NCBI RefSeq assembly: GCF_001194135.2
Contig: NC_068990.1
Coordinates: forward strand, 22,286,081-22,325,902
Length of the DNA stretch: 39,822 nucleotides
Source: Octopus bimaculoides
Lineage: Eukaryota
Reading direction: 5' to 3'
Below the pieces are notes generated by a model, which made no database searches, had not been told where the DNA came from, and worked only from the letters and a program-made list of their open reading frames with translations. A program made the position numbers and the translations under genes. The number at the start of each line of letters is the position of its first letter. Position 1 is the first letter of the stretch. Shown here piece by piece: positions 32,963 to 39,822 of the stretch.

Positions 32963-35145
32963 GTGTGAGATATTTAACTTTTTTAACAGGATAATCTACT
33001 ATGGACAGATGCTCTTGAAAGAAAGCAATGTGATTCTAATATTGCTGGAGAAGAAAAGAATACATCACTATAACTGCCTACGTAACACAGTTATGTATAT
33101 ATCCTTGAGAGGCATGAAAATGCGGTTTTCATCCTTCATCAAATCTCTTATGGGCGTGTTACATTAAAAGAAAAACAGTATATATATATGTATATATATA
33201 TATATATATATATAATGCTTTGTAACACGGCATGCCAGTAAGAGCGTCCTTGCAGCGATTAGTGAGAACAACAGAAGCATTTCGGCTTTGTGGAGATTTG
33301 TCAATCACGTGTACTCACAGTCGCATACCTAGACGGAATTTATCGCTTCTGATACAAAAGAAACAGTGTATGAAACACCCACGGGTGTGGCGAATTCCGC
33401 CAGGTTAGATACAAGTATTATATGAAAGTGATGCAGCCTAAAGTTAAATTCTGTTTCATATTTCATACATACACACAAACACACACACACATGTATTTAT
33501 ATGTATGTATATATATATACATGTATGCATATATGTATACAAACACACACACACACATACATACACGTATCTGTATGTAGTATGTATGTGTGTACGTATG
33601 CAGCTATGTCTACCGTTAACGCAGCCCGTCTATAAGATTTTTATTTTGGAATAAAACCACCTTAGCACGCATGTAAACTGTGCATATGCATCAAATATGA
33701 TATATACATAGATATTTTAATTCATCGTTTCTGCAATTGCGTACAATATTTTTAATTCTGCTCGGTGGCTATTCGCAATATCAGTAAATGCCGTATTACT
33801 GTTTCCCATGATTCGGAAGCGACAATTTTTCTCGACTGTGCGTGGTTGTACGTACACATCATCTGGCGTCTTCACTAGTCACAGCTAGCAAGTCTTTTCC
33901 TCTCGCTCTGATACTGTCCGCACATGTTGTTCTTTTTTTTTTTTTTTTTTTGAAGTCATAATACCCTATAATACTTTTCTGCTCATTTTGTTTCCTCCAG
34001 GCCAGCAGCAATACGTTTCATTCTGTCATTCTTTTTCGTTTCATCTCTATGAATTGCCTGATACCGGTAGCTAATGGTCTCTCACATATCGATCCACGAG
34101 GCTCAAACTAATGGCGTCGAAACTGCAAACATATTTACTTTTTAAAGCAGCTAATGAAATCCTACACATGGTTTAGTTTCCTATATTATTTTCCCTTCAA
34201 TCACAGCTATTATCGTGTGTACCAGTTCCTTGCATTTACATGTAGACATATATATCTACCTACCTACATGTATATGTATATATATATATANNNNNNNNNN
34301 NNNNNNNNNNNNNNNNNNNNNNNNNNNNNNNNNNNNNNNNNNNNNNNNNNNNNNNNNNNNNNNNNNNNNNNNNNNNNNNNNNNNNNNNNNNNNNNNNNNN
34401 NNNNNNNNNNNNNNNNNNNNNNNNNNNNNNNNNNNNNNNNNNNNNNNNNNNNNNNNNNNNNNNNNNNNNNNNNNNNNNNNNNNNNNNNNNNNNNNNNNNN
34501 NNNNNNNNNNNNNNNNNNNNNNNNNNNNNNNNNNNNNNNNNNNNNNNNNNNNNNNNNNNNNNNNNNNNNNNNNNNNNNNNNNNNNNNNNNNNNNNNNNNN
34601 NNNNNNNNNNNNNNNNNNNNNNNNNNNNNNNNNNNNNNNNNNNNNNNNNNNNNNNNNNNNNNNNNNNNNNNNNNNNNNNNNNNNNNNNNNNNNNNNNNNN
34701 NNNNNNNNNNNNNNNNNNNNNNNNNNNNNNNNNNNNNNNNNNNNNNNNNNNNNNNNNNNNNNNNNNNNNNNNNNNNNNNNNNNNNNNNNNNNNNNNNNNN
34801 NNNNNNNNNNNNNNNNNNNNNNNNNNNNNNNNNNNNNNNNNNNNNNNNNNNNNNNNNNNNNNNNNNNNNNNNNNNNNNNNNNNNNNNNNNNNNNNNNNNN
34901 NNNNNNNNNNNNNNNNNNNNNNNNNNNNNNNNNNNNNNNNNNNNNNNNNNNNNNNNNNNNNNNNNNNNNNNNNNNNNNNNNNNNNNNNNNNNNNNNNNNN
35001 NNNNNNNNNNNNNNNNNNNNNNNNNNNNNNNNNNNNNNNNNNNNNNNNNNNNNNNNNNNNNNNNNNNNNNNNNNNNNNNNNNNNNNNNNNNNNNNNNNNN
35101 NNNNNNNNNNNNNNNNNNNNNNNNNNNNNNNNNNNNNNNNNNNNN

Positions 35146-35206
<61 letters not shown>

Positions 35207-35466
35207 AAATGGATGACTTATGAAACAATTACACCCATACAATAACAGCCATACCAATATAACACATCTCCAACATCAGCTTTCCCACGGATATCACTAT
35301 CGTTTCGACAACTGGCCAGTACCCCTCAATTTGGTGGTGTTAATAGCACTAAAATAAGTGTGATACGACCAGATTCATTCAATCTTCATTCTAGGAAGGA
35401 TTAAACGTTAGCATTATTAGTTAAACTCCCAAAAAGAAACCACATTTAACCTATATAACAGAATCG

Positions 35467-35520
<54 letters not shown>

Positions 35521-36768
35521 ATGTATAAATATATGCATGTATGTATGTATGTATGTATGTATGTATGCATATACGTAAATATCGAACGATGAAAATGAGC
35601 ACCCAAAACCGCATTAGTGAATATCATTCCTTTATTTGTGAATTAAGACTGTCATTCGTTTCATGTTAAAAAATAACAAAAATATCCCAGTGACTTAAGA
35701 ATTTTTCAAGCCAATCGCATGGAAAAGGGCATTCGCTTCGATTTTGGAAATCAAAGCCTCGTTTATATAAGTATGTATATGTATATATATATATATATAT
35801 ATATNNNNNNNNNNNNNNNNNNNNNNNNNNNNNNNNNNNNNNNNNNNNNNNNNNNNNNNNNNNNNNNNNNNNNNNNNNNNNNNNNNNNNNNNNNNNNNNN
35901 NNNNNNNNNNNNNNNNNNNNNNNNNNNNNNNNNNNNNNNNNNNNNNNNNNNNNNNNNNNNNNNNNNNNNNNNNNNNNNNNNNNNNNNNNNNNNNNNNNNN
36001 NNNNNNNNNNNNNNNNNNNNNNNNNNNNNNNNNNNNNNNNNNNNNNNNNNNNNNNNNNNNNNNNNNNNNNNNNNNNNNNNNNNNNNNNNNNNNNNNNNNN
36101 NNNNNNNNNNNNNNNNNNNNNNNNNNNNNNNNNNNNNNNNNNNNNNNNNNNNNNNNNNNNNNNNNNNNNNNNNNNNNNNNNNNNNNNNNNNNNNNNNNNN
36201 NNNNNNNNNNNNNNNNNNNNNNNNNNNNNNNNNNNNNNNNNNNNNNNNNNNNNNNNNNNNNNNNNNNNNNNNNNNNNNNNNNNNNNNNNNNNNNNNNNNN
36301 NNNNNNNNNNNNNNNNNNNNNNNNNNNNNNNNNNNNNNNNNNNNNNNNNNNNNNNNNNNNNNNNNNNNNNNNNNNNNNNNNNNNNNNNNNNNNNNNNNNN
36401 NNNNNNNNNNNNNNNNNNNNNNNNNNNNNNNNNNNNNNNNNNNNNNNNNNNNNNNNNNNNNNNNNNNNNNNNNNNNNNNNNNNNNNNNNNNNNNNNNNNN
36501 NNNNNNNNNNNNNNNNNNNNNNNNNNNNNNNNNNNNNNNNNNNNNNNNNNNNNNNNNNNNNNNNNNNNNNNNNNNNNNNNNNNNNNNNNNNNNNNNNNNN
36601 NNNNNNNNNNNNNNNNNNNNNNNNNNNNNNNNNNNNNNNNNNNNNNNNNNNNNNNNNNNNNNNNNNNNNNNNNNNNNNNNNNNNNNNNNNNNNNNNNNNN
36701 NNNNNNNNNNNNNNNNNNNNNNNNNNNNNNNNNNNNNNNNNNNNNNNNNNNNNNNNNNNNNNNNNNNN

Positions 36769-36815
<47 letters not shown>

Positions 36816-37322
36816 GTATGTATGTATGTATGTATATATGTATGTATGGATGTTTGCAGAAAAATAACCTTTTAAAATATGCACATATATTTTTAATACA
36901 GCACATGGGAAATATAAATGCACAAAAAATTGACTGTGGAACAGACTCGGGTAAAGAAGAAAATTATGATCGCTTTAGGGGACACGAAGGGCAGATAAAG
37001 AGGATTGGGGAGTAGGCCGGGAAGAAACAGACCAGGACAGAAATAAAGAAAGAGAGATAGGGGTACAGAGAGAGACAGCAGAGTAGACAAATAAATTCAT
37101 AGTTATAATGGTAATTGAAAATTATTAGCGTAATATTTAAGTGTGTATAATTCAATTAAAGACAAAATCCCCGTAGCTAGTGGAATATTGATATTGATTC
37201 GTAGTAGAATAGAAGACTGAGAATGCTCATGATATATGTATATATACATACATACATACATATATACATACATATATATATAGAGAGAGAAAGAGATTGA
37301 TGGACAGACTTGTATGTATACA

Positions 37323-37379
<57 letters not shown>

Positions 37380-37639
37380 ATATATATTGATATATGCATA
37401 TGTATATATACATAATTTGCACACATAAGCTCACAATCTCAAGTACTTATAAACAACTCCTCACACACACAAGGATTTACATAGGTACATGTATATGTAT
37501 ACATGTATGTATTTGTGTATTTATATACACACTTTTATGACTCCCTGTACTTGTACACACTCACAACAGATAAATCACACAACTACACAAAGTGATATAA
37601 CAGTAGCATGGGAAAAGACAGTTGTGATTTCTCTCCAGC

Positions 37640-37670
<31 letters not shown>

Positions 37671-38364
37671 CATTCATCGAAAGGACACAGCATAAAAGTC
37701 ACAAAACAAAAGAAAACCTAAGCGAACAAAAGGAACGAAAAGAAAAACAGCAGAAAGTAAAGATTTAAGACAGTATTTTCCGCCATGTTTACTGAATCTG
37801 TTGTTCGCCAGTGAAAGTAAATAGCTATTATTGTTTTAGTAGGAGAAGCCTAAATATCACGTAATTTTAACATGAGCTGTAGTAAATAGTAGAGACAGTG
37901 AAAACACTAATAGGGTATTATAGGGAACAGTTGCCTAGAGCAGGTTTCTCTTTAAAGTATGGTTACCAAACATTCATAGATGGGCTGCATAAAATAAATG
38001 GTAAAAGTACATAAAATAAATTGGTTCTATTAAGCAACATCGTTCTTATCTGTTACGATATTGTTGGCGTATTGTATGCAGGAACTGATATGCATGTGTA
38101 TTCATGCATATGTAAATCCATATGGATACATACATGTCTGTATACATACATACTTACATACATACATACATACATAAAGACATATAGACAGACATACATG
38201 CATACATACAGACAGACAGACAGATAGACAGACAGACAGACAGAGAGCCATATAGACAGACAGACATAGAGATAGATAGATAGATAGATAGAGAGATAGA
38301 GAGATAGATAGATAGATAGACATATACATATCTATCTATTTATCTGTCTGTCTGTCTATCTCTA

Positions 38365-38403
<39 letters not shown>

Positions 38404-38422
38404 TTCTCTCTCTATATATATA

Positions 38423-38486
38423 CCAAGGGTTTCTTTCAGTTTCCGTCTACCAAATCCACTCACAAGCCTTTGGGCGGCCCGAGTCT
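38423..38486 (-). mobile_element. SINE family A middle part, truncated by a gap
   Basis: ggtttctttcagtttccgtctaccaaatccactcacaagcctttgggcggcccgag, preceded by (TA)n; homologous to 14474-14532. Confidence 0.85.
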
Positions 38487-39035
38487 NNNNNNNNNNNNNN
38501 NNNNNNNNNNNNNNNNNNNNNNNNNNNNNNNNNNNNNNNNNNNNNNNNNNNNNNNNNNNNNNNNNNNNNNNNNNNNNNNNNNNNNNNNNNNNNNNNNNNN
38601 NNNNNNNNNNNNNNNNNNNNNNNNNNNNNNNNNNNNNNNNNNNNNNNNNNNNNNNNNNNNNNNNNNNNNNNNNNNNNNNNNNNNNNNNNNNNNNNNNNNN
38701 NNNNNNNNNNNNNNNNNNNNNNNNNNNNNNNNNNNNNNNNNNNNNNNNNNNNNNNNNNNNNNNNNNNNNNNNNNNNNNNNNNNNNNNNNNNNNNNNNNNN
38801 NNNNNNNNNNNNNNNNNNNNNNNNNNNNNNNNNNNNNNNNNNNNNNNNNNNNNNNNNNNNNNNNNNNNNNNNNNNNNNNNNNNNNNNNNNNNNNNNNNNN
38901 NNNNNNNNNNNNNNNNNNNNNNNNNNNNNNNNNNNNNNNNNNNNNNNNNNNNNNNNNNNNNNNNNNNNNNNNNNNNNNNNNNNNNNNNNNNNNNNNNNNN
39001 NNNNNNNNNNNNNNNNNNNNNNNNNNNNNNNNNNN

Positions 39036-39073
<38 letters not shown>

Positions 39074-39134
39074 CATATAATCTTTGTCGAAATGCCGTGC
39101 TTCAGAAAACTCGTCAAGTCATCAAGCGAAAACA

Positions 39135-39205
39135 TAGTCGTGGCCGATGCTAGTGTCAGGTGACTGGCACCCATGCCGGTAGCGTGAAAAAGTACCGTTG
39201 GAGCA
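39135..39205 (+). mobile_element. Probable SINE internal fragment
   Basis: gccgatgctagtg..gactggcacccatgccggtagcgtgaaaaagtacc resembles an octopus repeat I recall; no second copy in this window. Confidence 0.35.
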
Positions 39206-39257
39206 TTGAGCCTCTCGGAGGCAATGTTGCCGATGTCGGTTTCGCCTGCCAACACCT

Positions 39258-39431
39258 GTGCCGCTACTCACTAACCTCGATGAACTTAAACATCGAATAA
39301 CAACAGCGATTAATTCTGTGGATAGTGATATGCTGATACGCGTCTGGGAGAAATTCTCTCATCGAATTGATGTTGCCCGTAGTGCACTTGTAAGCGGGAA
39401 AAAAAAGTTGTGCTTGAGTAAATACTTGTGA
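39258..39431 (+). pseudogene. Tc1/mariner-superfamily transposase C-terminal remnant
   Basis: VPLLTNLDELKHRITTAINSVDSDMLIRVWEKFSHRIDVARSA resembles the post-DDD/E C-terminal pattern (LDELKxRIxxAIxxVxxDMLxRVWxxFxxRxD). At 57 aa it is below the ORF-track cutoff. Confidence 0.65.
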
Positions 39432-39790
39432 CTTCCTTAACACAAATCGTCGTTTAATTTGCTGTTACAAAAAAATTAAGGTACATTCATGGTTTACATT
39501 GACTTAATTACATTTACAAAGTTTGGGAGAAAGTTTCTGGTGAAAGACACTTGCTTAAGATTCCCCTGGTAAATTCGAACCCGAATACTCTTGATTACAA
39601 TGTTGTATCCATAAAATACTTACATAGATATTGAATGTTTAAATAGCGGTGAGTTTATACACACACATATACACAAAGATTAAATAGATATAAAGATAGA
39701 TAGAGAGAGAGAGAGAGAGAAAAAGAGAAACAGGTGCAGTTACATGTAAATATATATATTTATATATATATGTGTGTGTGTGTGTGTGTA

Positions 39791-39822
<32 letters not shown>

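Larger units (their letters stand above)
2600..39035. other. 14 assembly gaps (N runs), most flanked by (TA)n
   Basis: Approximately 2600-2653, 10427-11415, 12231-12432, 13562-14425, 16136-17001, 18461-18886, 19857-20751, 22930-23687, 24731-25059, 26007-26307, 31852-32682, 34291-35143, 35805-36768, 38487-39035. Confidence 0.98.

Noticed and set aside
10-39255. Long ORFs in the supplied track (poly-CV, YI, LS, HSF, KER, poly-X)
   Set aside because: They are translations of microsatellites or run through N gaps; no coding evidence.

Overview
AT-rich, microsatellite-saturated eukaryotic draft-assembly window with 14 N-gaps (roughly 9 kb). Its repeat families look like those of octopus (coleoid cephalopod) genomes; this is inferred from recalled repeat sequences, not a search. 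No complete gene, rRNA, genuine tRNA gene or CRISPR array is supported, and almost all ORFs in the supplied track are microsatellite or N artefacts. What is supported: (1) more than 25 copies or fragments of at least four tRNA-headed SINE families (my labels A, B, C, E), including two mirror-image triplets of family B with the same internal architecture; (2) three TA-flanked Tc1/mariner- or Tigger-type MITEs and a Tc1/mariner transposase C-terminal remnant; (3) an L1/Tx1-type ORF2 zinc-knuckle fragment abutting a (TATC)n array; (4) a ~540 bp diverged inverted-repeat structure; (5) a Penelope-like terminal repeat carrying a minimal hammerhead-ribozyme core on the minus strand, cut off by a gap. 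Several short splice-bounded, frame-compatible segments could be exons of an unidentified host gene, but these are low-confidence.
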